This document shows positions 41,646 to 55,299 of a stretch of 64,000 nt of DNA, piece after piece (positions within the stretch are counted from its first letter, which is position 1; each line of letters begins with the position of its first letter). The position numbers and the translations under genes were made by a program. The stretch comes from Octopus vulgaris. Its lineage: Eukaryota. The DNA is taken from contig OX597814.1 in assembly GCA_951406725.2 (NCBI GenBank), forward strand, positions 9,982,001 through 10,046,000, in the 5' to 3' direction. The notes beneath the pieces are model-generated. The model had not been told where the DNA came from. It did not search any database and saw only the letters and a program-made list of their open reading frames with translations.

Positions 41646-41845
41646 ATATATATATGTAATATAAAATATATATATATATTTATGTATATGTGTGCGTGTA
41701 TACTTATGTGTGTGTGTGTGTATGTACGCATATGGGTGTGTATGGATAGCAGATGATTCTCGTCTGCCGACGGTATAACAATGAGTATTTGTATTCCCCA
41801 TGCACCCATATGAGGGGTCCTTGCAAGATATACCTTAGTATACAG

Positions 41846-41886
<41 letters not shown>

Positions 41887-41962
41887 GTGTGTGTATCGAT
41901 GTATAAATATAAATAAGTACGTGTATATATATGCAAATATCTATCTATCTATCTAGTTTATG

Positions 41963-42014
<52 letters not shown>

Positions 42015-43128
42015 AAACTTACTTGGAAGAGGACTCGTGGCGTTCGATCATATAATAATTATATATATATATATATATACACATACATATATATATATAC
42101 ATACATATACATGCATATTATATATATATATACATGCCTACATGCATATATATATATATACACGTATGTATGTATATGTATATATATGTATGTATATATG
42201 TGTGTGTATATGTACTTTCACACACACACATACACATAAATATGTAGGCCTATATGTATGTATAAATATGTCACGAAATAAGGGGAGAAGGAAAGAGAGT
42301 ACGAAAGTCGATTGATAGATTGATAAATTCATTAATTGATGAAAAGATGGCGGGAAACAGACGCCTAACACACACACACACTCCCTCATATGCGTGTGTA
42401 CGTGTGTCTGCGTATATGTTCATCTATGTGTGTGTATGTGTGTGTTTGTGTGTGTACGTGGGAGTTTGTGTACGTGTGTGTGTACGTGCATTTGCGTGTG
42501 TTATTGTGTGTCTATTCATTTCGTAGTTTACCAAGACGAAAAATGAAAAACTTATTTGTTTACAGTTTACAAATGGGTGGGACTTGAGGGAAGTGGGTGT
42601 GGCCTTAAGTAGTTACACACGCAAACACACACAAGCGCGCACACGCACGCACATGCATATATTAGCTGTTTGTGAAACATTATGAATACATACTGAAACA
42701 AGCGTATGCTGCGAGAGAGGCGGAGAATGAAGTGTGGAAATGTGGGATGTGACTAGCAGGCTGTGAAGCAAACGTGACGTGTCTAACACTGTGGTGGGAG
42801 GAGGAGATATCGGCGTTGACTATAACAGAGAATGGTTATAGCGATAGTGGGAGAGATGGATGGAAGGAGGAGGATGAGAGAAAGAGTAAGAGAGAAAATA
42901 GGAAGAGCGAGAGTGAGCGAGATGGAGAGAGAAAGCGCCATTGAATGACTGATTGATTGAATGAGTGAGTTTAATAATGATTGAAGAGTAAGGAGTGTTA
43001 GGAACACGCATAAGATGATAAGTAGATGTGAGTAGGAGTGAGAGAGAGAGATTGAAGGAATAACTTACTGATATCAGGGGGAGTAAGCTTAATAAGTGAA
43101 TGAATGAATTTTGAAAGAGTGTGAAATA

Positions 43129-43293
43129 GGCGCAGGAGTGGCTGTGTGGTAAGTAGCTTGCTAACCAACCACATGGTTCCGGGTTCAGTCCCACTGCGTG
43201 GCATCTTGGGCAAGTGTCTTCTGCTATAGCCCCGGGCCGACCAATGCCTTGTGAGTGGATTTGGTAGACGGAAACTGAAAGAAGCCTGTCGTG

Positions 43294-43326
<33 letters not shown>

Positions 43327-43550
43327 ATATGTGTGTGTGTATGTATGTGTTTGTCCCCCTAGCATTGCTTGACAACCGATGCTGGTGTGTTTACGTCCCC
43401 GTCACTTAGCGGTTCGGCAAAAGAGACCGATAGAATAAGTACTGGGCTTACAAAGAATAAGTCCCGGGGTCGATTTGCTCGACTAAAGGCGGTGCTCCAG
43501 CATGGCCGCAGTCAAATGACTGAAACAAGTATAAGAGTAAAGAGTAAAGA
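43129..43550 (+). mobile_element. SINE family A, full-length young reference copy
   Basis: tRNA-like head (tggctgtgtgg A box, gggttcagtccc B box), CORE-like tgcgtggcatcttgggcaagtgtc, internal (TA)/(TG) tract, LINE-like tail with (aagagta)n. Confidence 0.95.
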
Positions 43551-43711
43551 GTGTGAGTGAAAGAGATACAGGGTGATGGATAGATGTTGAATGAACGATT
43601 GAACATGTGATAGTATGAGAATGTGTTAGGGAGATTCTCGTGAGTGATGTGTGTTGGATTTATGGTTTATTGAGATTCAGTGAATGAATTCAATGAGGTT
43701 ACGAATTATAT

Positions 43712-44115
43712 ACTCTTTACTCTTTTACTTGTTTCAGTCATTTGACTGCGGCCATGCTGGAGCACCGCCTTTAATCGAGCAACTCGACCCCGGGACTTAT
43801 TCTTTGTAAGCCCAGTACTTATTCTATCGGCCTCTTTTGCCGAACCGCTAAGTGACGGAGACGTAAACACACCAGCATCGGTTGTCAAGCAATGCTAGGG
43901 AGACAAACACAGACACACAAACACACGCACGCATATATATATATACATATATACGACGGGCTTCTTTCAGTTTCCATCTACCAAATCCACTCACAAGGCT
44001 TTGGTCGGCCCGAGGCTATAGTAGAAGACACTTGCCCAAGTGCCACGCAGTGGGACTGAACCCGGAACCATGTGGTTGGTAAGCATGCTACTTACCACAT
44101 AGCCACTCCTGCGCC
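43712..44115 (-). mobile_element. SINE family A, full-length young copy, inverted relative to 43129-43550
   Basis: Near-identical reverse complement, tail-to-tail, ~160 bp away. Confidence 0.95.
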
Positions 44116-44221
44116 TCTCCATACAAATATGAATAAAGGAACGAACAAAACCGAATAAGTGTGAACGTTGTGAATAAGTGACTGAAGCAACTGAATAAGT
44201 GACTAAAGGAAGGTTGATTTT

Positions 44222-44828
44222 TATCTTTTATTTCGTACATGTTTCGGTCATTAGAATGTAGCCGCGCTGGAGCAACGCTTGAAGGATTCTAGTCGAACGA
44301 ATGGAACACGGTATTTAATTTATTTTAAAATCCTGGTACCTATTATGTCGGTCTTTCTGGTCGAACTGCTAAGTTATGGCGACGGAAACACACAAACACC
44401 GGTTGTCAAGAGCTGGCGGGGGTGGGGGGTGAAAATAGACACAAAGACACACACACATATATGTATGTATTTATATATGTTTACTCACAAATATACATTA
44501 TATATATATTCATATACATACATACATGTATATATACATACACATATTCATACAAATATACACACACACATGTATATATAATTTAAAACTAGGGTAAAAT
44601 CTTTATAAGGATTTATCAAGTAGTTAGTGTGAAAAACCTTACAAGGGAAAAGTTTATTAATTATTCCCTTTAAATATATTTATTTATATTAAAGGCATTA
44701 CTATACATAAATGCCTCACGCTAAGAGGGACTCTTACAGTCAAATATTACCATAATAAACACACTGTACCGAACGCGAAGGAATGCAACTCTCGAAGCAA
44801 GCCTCCTAAAAACAGATTCAGCTGCAGC

Positions 44829-44879
<51 letters not shown>

Positions 44880-45035
44880 GACGGACTTCTTTCAGTTTCC
44901 GTCTGCTAAATACACTTACAAAGCTCTGGTCGGTCCGAAGCTATAGTTGAAGTCATTACCCCAATGTGCCACGCAGTGGGACTGAACTCAGAACTATGTT
45001 GCCAGGAAGCAAATTTCTTACCTCACAACCAGCCA
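44222..45035 (-). mobile_element. Diverged SINE family A copy split by a second copy (44582-44833) of the module seen at 41093-41432
   Basis: SINE 3' half ~44222-44455 and 5' half ~44878-45035. The reverse complement of 44582-44826 aligns with 41187-41432. Confidence 0.8.
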
Positions 45036-45049
45036 CACTCGAATAATTT

Positions 45050-46060
45050 AGAAGAATGAATCAGATATTGAGTGAGTTATTGAACGACAGAGAAGGAAAG
45101 TGGCCATGCACTTGAGTGAATGAATTGTTTGAGTTAATGAATATATGATGAGGCGAATGAGGGAGTCGTGGAATGAATGAGTAAATGAATCAGTACGTGA
45201 ACGAGCGAGTGAATGGGAAAACGAATGAATTAATGAGGAGTCCAGTGAATGAGTCATTAGATTGCGGTGACTGGGAAAGTGAATGAGTGGCTGAATGATT
45301 GTGGGAATGAGACAACAGCCGAATAAGTAAATGAATGACTGCACCAATGAATAAATGAATAATTAAATTAAGGATGACTGATGGAATGATGAATGAATGA
45401 GAATCAATAAACGAATGGGGATGAGAGATTGAGTGAATGAGTGAATGAAATAATTAATTTTTCAGCGAATGAAAGAGTGAATAAATAAATAGATAAGTGT
45501 ATAAAGTGTCGGTCGAGTGAATCAGAGAATAACGTGAATAAACAAATAGATGAGCAAATGTTTAGATGAACGGGTGTCTAGATTAATGATTAATGATTGA
45601 GTGCATGAATGGGTGAATGAGTGAGCAAGTGATCGAAAGAAAGAAGGCTTGGATGAATGAACGGTCCAGTGAATAACTGATTGGTTGAGTGTATTTAGTG
45701 GATGAAGAACAGAACACAAGAATGAGTGAATTAGGAAAAGGGCAAATGGATAATTTGAATGAATGAAAGAATGAGTCCATAAGTAATTGAATGAGTGGTG
45801 CGAAAGAGCGAAATAGTGAATGAATGTAAGAATGAGCAAAAAAAAAAATGTTTACTTTCTGGGGTTTTGAATACGAAATCGTCAAGAATGAGTAGTGACC
45901 CTTAATTAAAAGGATCGAGTATGCATGAAGTTGAACGATTAAATTGATAAATGATAGATTGCATTAATGAATGAATGCGTAATTTAATGCTTGAAGTCGA
46001 AGATTGAATTGGTGAAAATTCTACATGATTAAAGTGAATGAAAGAATATGAGTGACTGTT
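45050..46060. repeat. Degenerate (TGAA)n/(TGAG)n low-complexity tract
   Basis: Dense gaatgaatga/gagtgaatga motifs over ~1 kb. Similar sequence at ~42940-43128 and 43550-43700. Confidence 0.8.
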
Positions 46061-46068
46061 TAAAGATA

Positions 46069-46271
46069 TTTATATATATCGCCATGATTGACCGCTAGCC
46101 ACTAAAGCTTTTTTTATTCTCTCTCTCTGTTTATTTTCTCGTGTTCCTTTCTGTTGAAGAGCGTAGGCTCGAAACGTAAAATAATTTTTCAATTTTCCTA
46201 GCGTCAAACTAATACACCTGCTTGTTGTACATACACCTGTCTTCGTCTTCTGTTTTTCTGTAAATTTCAAT

Positions 46272-46315
<44 letters not shown>

Positions 46316-46455
46316 ATATATAAATATACATATGCATTTGTATACACACACACACACACACACGCACACATATATATATAAAGAGAACGTTAATCTAATA
46401 CACCTTGTTTGCACACCTGCCTTCGTCTTTTGTTATTTTTTGTAAATTCCAACTT
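46069..46455 (+). mobile_element. Short non-coding Penelope pLTR-like module with a degenerate hammerhead (46148-46181) and a partial direct repeat of its 3' end
   Basis: ttt-CUGUUGA-a-gagc-gtag-gctc-GAAACGUA-aaa. 46201-46272 is repeated at 46387-46454. Related copy at ~61240-61370(-). Confidence 0.6.
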
Positions 46456-46489
46456 TATATATAAATGATCGGATATGAACGAATTGTAT

Positions 46490-46601
46490 GTAATGTATGT
46501 ATGTGTGTGTGCGTGTATATGTATTTATGTATGTGTATATATGTGTATATGTGTAGGTATGTGTGTATGTACTTATGTGTGAGTGCATGTATGTACTTAT
46601 G

Positions 46602-46635
<34 letters not shown>

Positions 46636-48589
46636 TGTATGTATGTATGTATGTATGTATGTATGCATGCATGCATGCATGTATGTATGTATATATGTAT
46701 GTATATATGTATGCATGTATGTATGTATGCATGCATGCATGTATGTATGTATATATGTATGTATGTATGTATGTATGCATGTATGTATGTATGCATGCAT
46801 GCATGTATGTATGTATGTATGTATGTAAAGGGAGAAAACAAGCCAAAGTTTTTTTCTTCTTCTTTTCATGAAGACTTCAAACAATTAAAAATAGAGGACA
46901 TAAAAAGCGTACATACATACATACCTACGTACATAAATACATACATACATACATACATACATATGAGAAATTAGACTTCTGAAAACCAGAAAGAAGAAAG
47001 CTTATTCGAAGTCTACAGATCCAATCCATCACTGGGACTGTAAAAATCAATAAAACTTTCCAGAATTTTATCATTTAGATATATATGAGCATGTCTAGAT
47101 ATGTAACTATATGCATGACAATACATGCATAAAACATACAAATCTGCACATACATACATACATACATACATGCATACATACATACCCTGTTGTTGATGTT
47201 GAAATTCCAAAGAAGGGGCCTTGGATCTAGGTTAGAAACCGGCTCTTTCTCTATTGGCAAGAAATCTTGATATATAACTGAATAATGACATACATACATA
47301 TACATACATACATACATACGTACGTACATACATACATACATACATACATATACATACATACATACATACATACATACATACATACATACATACATACATA
47401 CATACATACATGCATGCATACATACATACATGCATACATACATACATGCATACATACATATATAGATACATACATACATACATACATACATACATACATA
47501 CATACATACGTACGTACGTACATACATGCATGCATACATACATGCATGCATACATACATACATACATACATACATACATACATACACACATACATACATA
47601 CATACATACATACATACATACATACATACATACATACATACACACAATAATCGCTTTCTCGTTCTCGAGTATATGATGACGATTCCAGTACACCAAGAGA
47701 TGCCGGCGTATGGCGCTTTTTAAAATGAGGAGGGCGTCTGGCACTTAACCAATCCCACTCTCTGACCAATGATGACAAATACCTCCCAAAGAACGAGTCA
47801 ACATCAACGAGTCGCAGGGTTTACATTAGAGTTTTTCTTTTCCTCGAGTGATGTCCTAACTGGGACTAAGGGTTACTCACTCTCATCCTCATAGCTCTAT
47901 GCTGATCGAACCTGGTGTGCCTGCTCATTTTTTTGCAAACGTGTTTGATTCTCAGCACAGACACTATGGTTTTTGTACCAAAAGTCACCAGTCTGTCGAC
48001 ATTTGCTGCAGGAACCACCGCTGTTCCTGAGAAATAGCAAGATCAAGCTTGTGTACACAGTATTGGATGGTCGCTTGTTTTAATGAGTTTTATCCGCCCT
48101 TTGACAGGCTTTGTTTTTTTTCATCCTGAAGGATGTCTAATCATTCTCCTGAACTAGCAATCCCAGCTAGAAAACTTACTGGGATTGCCAGTTTAATCGC
48201 CGACCACCCAATCATAATATACATACATACATACATACATACGTACGTACATACATGCATACATACATACATACATACATACATACGTACGTACATACAT
48301 ACATACATACATACATACATACATACATACATACATACATACATACATACATACATACATACATACATACATACATACATACATACATACATACATACAT
48401 ACATACATACATACGTACGTACGTACATACGTACATACATACACACACACATACATACATACATACATACATACATACATGCATACATACATACATACAT
48501 ACGTACGTACATACATACATACATACATACATACATGCATACATACATGCATACATACACACATACATACATACATACATACATACATG

Positions 48590-48621
<32 letters not shown>

Positions 48622-48770
48622 TACATACATACATACATACATACATACATACATACATACACACACACAGATACATGCATACATATATACAAACATACAT
48701 ACATACATACATACATACACACACACATACATACACACACAGATACATACATTCATACATACATGCTCAT
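46490..48770. repeat. Cluster of long (TACA)n/(TATG)n microsatellites with short inserted elements (~47185-47285, ~47650-48210)
   Basis: Direct reading. The 47650-48210 block weakly resembles a reversed RTE-clade 5' UTR and has a hairpin gcaatcccag/ctgggattgc at ~48157-48190. Confidence 0.85.
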
Positions 48771-48806
48771 CTATATAGTTCATGTTCTCTCTCTCTCGCT
48801 CTCTCT

Positions 48807-48855
<49 letters not shown>

Positions 48856-50713
48856 TGCTTCTTTCTCTTTTCTCTTTTAATTTGGATGGTTCATTTTACC
48901 AACCAGTGTTTATTCCTTTTTTTCTGTCTTCTTATTTTCCTTCTTTCTTTCCGTCTTTCTTTCTTTCTTTCTTCTTTTCCGTTTTACTTTCTTTCCCTTC
49001 TTTTTTTTCTTTACTTCTCTCCTTCTTGTGTACATTGTTTTATTCCTTTGTCATCGTATACAATAAATAAACTAAAGTAAAACAAAATAGAAAAAAAGTA
49101 GCAAAAAACACTCGCCGCGCCAGTTAAGAAATTAGACTTGACGCCTTCAGTAGGGTGGCTAAGCATATCATCGGGGTGGGGCAGTTGTCTTGTAGTTACT
49201 TAACTATATATGCCGATACATATGTCAAGAATTAGACAAGTGATCGCTTCGAAGATAAGGCGAATAAACCATACATGGAGTGGAAACCATGTGGAATATG
49301 TTAGAACGTAAAACTGCGCGCGCATATATATTTGTATGTGTGTGCGTGTGCGCGTGTGTGTGTGTGCGTGTGTGAGTGTGTGTGTATGTGTGTGTGTGTG
49401 TGCGTGTTAGCGAGTGTATGTGCGTGAGTTTTGGGGTAAAATTATGCATCAAGCCTTATTTACACATATACGCACACACGCAGACACAGTTACACATGTG
49501 CACACACATACACTTACACACACACATACACATAATACATATATATGTATGTATATTTGTGTGAAACAAACATGTATGTATATATATATATGCATATACA
49601 CACGCGCGTTTATATATATATAAATGTATATATGTATATGTATATATAATATATATATAATTATATTTATGTACACACATTATATTCATGTGCACATACA
49701 TTATATATACGGACGCACACACATGTTTATATGCATACGGATAAATGTATATATGTATATATGTATGTATATGTATATACGTATCAGTGTGTGTGTGCGA
49801 GTGTATATGGATGCTCTCTTTGTGTAGTGTTACAATTCGGGTTAATCGTCTCTGTTCTTCCACCTACTGAGAATCTTCGAATTGCTAATGTGAGAGTGTT
49901 TGCTTCGTATCTAGGCTGTTAATGCCCAAAGAATATGGCCTTTAAAAATACGGCATAATCTTCGCAAGCAAGTGTGGCTTGGTAACATGGACTGTGCTTT
50001 CGCTCATTGTTTTACTTGCATATGTAGTTGAGATGAGACAAAGAGATCCTCTAGGCCGTCAAATCCTTGATTAGGTGGAACATAAAATGTGTAACACGGA
50101 AGCAGAGAAATCTGCGCTAGAAACCAGTCGGTTTCCGTTTACAGCTGAGTAGATATTACCCTCTTGTATATGGCGCAGACAACACCTTCGTATTGATATT
50201 TTGGTATGTTGGGTGGTAGGCACACGATATTCGCCTATTTGACATCATCGCTTGATCCATGTGTGCCTTTCAATATATTACAGACATTTATATTAAGCTC
50301 CTGGCAGGTGATTAGCGTGAGCACTCGGCCTATCAGCGCCTCTCTGCATGCTTCTTATTTCATTGTTTTCTGAATTCATGATCAACAACCATTTTCCTGG
50401 CATATTTACCGTGAGCACTTGGCCTTTCAGTCTCGCCTATCTGCATGCTTCTCCTAATACTCACAATTTTTCCTCGAATTCCAAACTCAAACTCACAAAG
50501 CCATTAAAATCTCTGAACTTGGTTTCGCTGGACGATGTACCGCAGACACCCACATAATGCTCTCCACCGCCTTGACACCCACTAAATGCTTAAAACTAAA
50601 TATTATTCAGCTAGATAATTCTTGTGTCTCTCTTCCTAACATCCAAACTCAAACACAAATCACAAAGCCATTAAGATCTCTGAACTTGGTTTCTCTGGAC
50701 GATGTACCGCAAC

Positions 50714-50922
50714 TCTTTGTAAGCCCAGTACTTATTCTATCGGTCTCTTTTGCCGAACCACTAAGTTACGGAGCCGTAAACACACCAGCATCGGCTGTCA
50801 AGCAATGCTAGGGGGACAAACACAGACACACAAACATACACGCACACACATATATATACATATATACGACATGCTTCTTTCAGTTTCCGTCAACCAAATC
50901 CACTCACAAGGCTTTGGTCAAC
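50714..50922 (-). mobile_element. SINE family A internal fragment
   Basis: ctttgtaagcccagtacttattctatcggtctc...ccaaatccactcacaaggctttggtc. Confidence 0.9.
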
Positions 50923-50949
50923 CCTTAACTTTAATCTATCTCTGTTGTC

Positions 50950-51480
50950 CAGGCTAGACACTCTATTGAAGTTTCATTTGAAACATGGTCTCTATGCATA
51001 GTAGACTCCTTTCCTATAGACACTCATGTTCCTCACCTGGATGTCAACAACTGTCTTCTAGTTTCTCTGGCTTAAAGCTTTCCTCCCTAATTCCTACAAA
51101 TTCAACCTTTTTGCTTACCGCTCTCCAAGCGCTTCCAAACACCAACAACTCTTCGATTACGTCTTTCTGCATACTTCTCACTTCACTCTCGTCTGTGGTC
51201 ATCATGCTCGATGAGTTCAACACTCTCAATATTTCTTGGTGCTCATATTATTCTATTGTGATGCTACCAGTGCAGAAACCAACCTTTTTATGCGCATTTT
51301 CCCCCACTCTACTCCAGCTAATCTCGCATTCTTCTTTACTGATACATTCACTCCATATACCTTCTTTGTTCCTCTTCCTCACATCCAAACTCAACCTCCC
51401 CAAACATTCAAAGCCTCTGTACCTGGATTATCTACGCGACCTTCTCAAGACATCCACATAACACTTAACGTCTCCACTGT
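50950..51480 (+). mobile_element. Highly degenerate LINE AP-endonuclease-like fragment
   Basis: VVIMLDEFNTLNISW resembles the IxxGDFN...W motif. C-rich LINE-like composition. Confidence 0.35.
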
Positions 51481-52479
51481 CTAGACTCTATCGTACTTCA
51501 ATGTAGTTGGTTTGTTGAAGCTTGGCCAGTTCTATGCTATTTTTGGTAGCATCTCTACTTCAGCTCTGACCATATGATTGGGTTTGTACTTTTATACTAT
51601 TAATTTGAAATGCAAACATGTTGAATTCATATTCAACCCTGACATTTAAAAGATGAGAGGTAAAGTGGGATTTGAACTCAAAACGTAGAGTCAGAAGAAG
51701 TATGGCATAGCATTTTGTCCGACTCTGATGGCTCGTCACTACAATAATATAAACGACGCGCAATAACATCCATACCATAACACGACTCTTATCGTCTATC
51801 GATCGAGCTAGTCAACGTGGTGGTCACAAGGCAACCGCTTTACATACCTGAAACAACAGCTGAAGTTTCCACCAGCTACATCGTATCATCTTAAATGACA
51901 CACAGAATAACATAGTCTTAAATACGCCCGTAAAAAGAGGGGATGAATACGATGGTAATTGCTTTGATCTTATGCCTGTCCGAAAAGAGTTAACATGCAG
52001 CTAAGCGAAATAACCCCACTCCAACCCTTAAAAAATAACAACAAAAATTACCACCAAAACAGCGAATATCAACACAAACGACAGAATAGCGAAAGTATAA
52101 ACACACGAAGAATTCTTATTTCTAGAAGCGGTAGTAGAGAGATGGCGTGAGCAGCGATGAGAAGGAGAACATATAATAATAAACTAAACTAAACAAAAAT
52201 AAAATGAAATAAAACAAAATAAAATATTTGTTGATCTCTGATCTAGCTTACATTAGGACAATGGCGAACTAAACTAAACCAGTGTCTTCCCGCTCAGAGA
52301 TAGTTTATGGCGGTCATTTTTAGTGATGGCAGCTTGACAATATAGTTTACAGCATTATCGATTTTCATTTTGAATATATCCACTTTATTGTACACTTGAA
52401 CACTTAACTATATTCTAGCAGGTATGTTAATTTGCCTTCATAGATATATATTTATGGCTTCATTGCCTCACTTCTTTCT

Positions 52480-52524
52480 ATCTATCTATATATCTATCTA
52501 TCTATCTATCTATCAATCTATCTG

Positions 52525-52564
<40 letters not shown>

Positions 52565-52610
52565 GCTAGCTGTATGTCTATCTATCTTGTCTATCTAGCT
52601 ATCTGTCGAC

Positions 52611-52681
<71 letters not shown>

Positions 52682-52705
52682 GCTAGCTAGCTAGCTAGCT
52701 AGCTA

Positions 52706-52741
<36 letters not shown>

Positions 52742-52743
52742 TC

Positions 52744-52826
<83 letters not shown>
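52480..52826. repeat. (TATC)n/(TAGC)n/(TGTC)n compound microsatellite
   Basis: Direct reading. Confidence 0.95.
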
Positions 52827-52827
<1 letters not shown>

Positions 52828-53295
52828 GTGTAACACACACTCACACGTATATATTAACATATAATTCCAAATTGTAGGTGTGCATATTATGTGTATTTTT
52901 ATGAGTGCATGTATTTATAAATTTATACATATCTATCTATCTCTCTATCTGTATTAAGAAATTTGCGTCTGAACCAAATGGTTCCGGCTTCTGTCCCCCG
53001 CATAGCACCTTAGGCAAGTGACTATTTTGTTCTATAGCTCTGGGTCGACCAAAGCATTGAGTGGAGTTGGCAAATAGAAACTAAAAGAAGCCCGTCGTAT
53101 AAATGCATACATACATACATACATACATACATACATAAATACATACATACATACATATATACATACATACATACATACATAAATTCATACATATATACAT
53201 ACATACATACATATATTCAGACATACATACATATATACATACATACATTCAGACATACATACATTCAGACATACATACATACATATATACATACA

Positions 53296-53326
<31 letters not shown>

Positions 53327-53597
53327 GTATGCATGCGTGTGTGCATTTTTGTCTGTGTTTGTGTCTATACATATATTCGTACATACGCATACACAGACAG
53401 ACACAGACACACACAGACACTCAAACACACCCAAACACACACATACACACACACACACATATGCTCATATATGCTCATGCACGTATAAGATGGAAAGCAA
53501 TATTTCCTGTTCTGTAAGGATTGTTTCCTAAGTAATTGATGAGTGTTAATGTAGACGAATGCCCCACGCTATCATCGTCCGCATTCCTGAGATATAC

Positions 53598-53647
<50 letters not shown>

Positions 53648-53709
53648 TGATGATGATGATGATGATGATAATAATAATAATAATAATGATAATAATAATA
53701 ATAATAATG

Positions 53710-53741
<32 letters not shown>

Positions 53742-53808
53742 AATAATGATAATAATAATGATAATAATGATAATAATAATAATAATAATAATAATGATGA
53801 TGATAATG

Positions 53809-53839
<31 letters not shown>

Positions 53840-53856
53840 TAATAATGATAATAATG

Positions 53857-53953
<97 letters not shown>

Positions 53954-53970
53954 TAATAATGATAATAATA

Positions 53971-54056
<86 letters not shown>

Positions 54057-54100
54057 GATTATGATGATGATGATAATGATGGTGATGATGATGATGATGA
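53598..54100. repeat. (AAT/GAT/AAG)n compound trinucleotide array
   Basis: Direct reading. It is the source of the poly-I and poly-N pseudo-ORFs. Confidence 0.95.
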
Positions 54101-54191
54101 CGATTTCATTTATTTGCCACCATGGCGAAGTATGTGGGAGATATTACATAGGGAAATATAAAGTGTGGGCGGTTTACATTGGAGTTATAAA

Positions 54192-54422
54192 GGCGGCGAG
54201 CTGGCAGAGTCGTCAGCGCGCTGGACGAAATGCTTAGCCGTATTTCGTGTGCCGCTACGTTCGGAGTTCAAATTCCGCCGTGGTCGACTTTGCCTTTCAT
54301 CCTTTCGGGGTCGATAAATTAAGTACCAGTTACGCACAGGGGTCGATATAATCGACTTAATCCGTTTGTCTGTCCTTGTTTGTCCTCTCTGTGTTTAGCC
54401 CCTTGTGGGTAATAAAGAAATA
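54192..54422 (+). mobile_element. SINE family B (tRNA-like head + Deu/Nin-like domain + tail B1), full-length reference copy
   Basis: ggcggcgagctggcagagtcg..gagttcaaattcc..gtcgactttgcctttcatcctttcggggtcgataaattaagtaccag..agccccttgtgggtaataaagaaata. Confidence 0.9.
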
Positions 54423-54666
54423 TGTATTTCGTCTGCTGCTACGTTTTGATAACAACAATAATAATAATGTTTTCTACTATGGGCACAATATCTGAAATTA
54501 TGGGCTAGTCGACTGGGTTAGTATTTTTAGGTTATCTATTTCTTATGCGAACGTGTTGAATTCATATACGCGTTTTTGTCTTAGAAATTGGCCGTGGATA
54601 TCATTTTCCGTTCATCAATCAAAGTTTCTTCAATATAGATTGAACACAAGATTATACAGCATAATT

Positions 54667-55053
54667 GTGGAGGCGCAATGGCCCAGTGGTTAGGGCAGCG
54701 GACTCGCGGTCATAGGATCGCGGTTTCGATTCCCAGACCGGGCGTTGTGAGTGTTTATTGAGCAAAAACACCTAAAGCTCCACGAGACTCCGGCAGGGAT
54801 GGTGGTGATCCCTGCTGTACTCTTTCACCACAACTTTCTCTCACTCTTACTTCCTGTTTCTGTTGTACCTGTATTTCAAGGGGCCGGCCTTGTCACTCTC
54901 TGTGTCACGCTGAATATCCCCGAGAACTACGTTAAGGGTGCACGTGTCTGTGGAGTGCTCAGCCACTTACACGTTAATTTCACGAGCAGACTGTTCCGTT
55001 GATTCGGATCAACCGGAACCCTCATCGTCGTAACCGACGGAGTGCTTCCATCC
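54667..55053 (+). mobile_element. SINE family C (tRNA-Arg-like head), full length with 13-bp TSD
   Basis: A box tggcccagtgg, B box ggtttcgattcc. TSD atacagcataatt at 54654-54666 and 55054-55066. Confidence 0.95.
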
Positions 55054-55299
55054 ATACAGCATAATTATTTCTATTTCCAGTTATAAAAAAAATATTATCG
55101 GGAATACAGCTATATTGTCAACAATAACTTTACGCACGCCCTTTGACATCTATTAGTCGAAAAGAGTCAAAGGTCACACAGAAACTATAGAGCAGCAACA
55201 CAAGCAGATAAGCATTAACCAAAAGAAACCTGTTAAGTGTTATACAGTATGCTGTGTGTGCGAATGTATATATGCATATGTGTGTGTGTGTGTGTGTGT

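Noticed and set aside
54667-54740. Possible tRNA-Arg gene (also the heads at 16499, 56287 and 63136)
   Set aside because: Runs directly into a multi-copy SINE body with TSDs.
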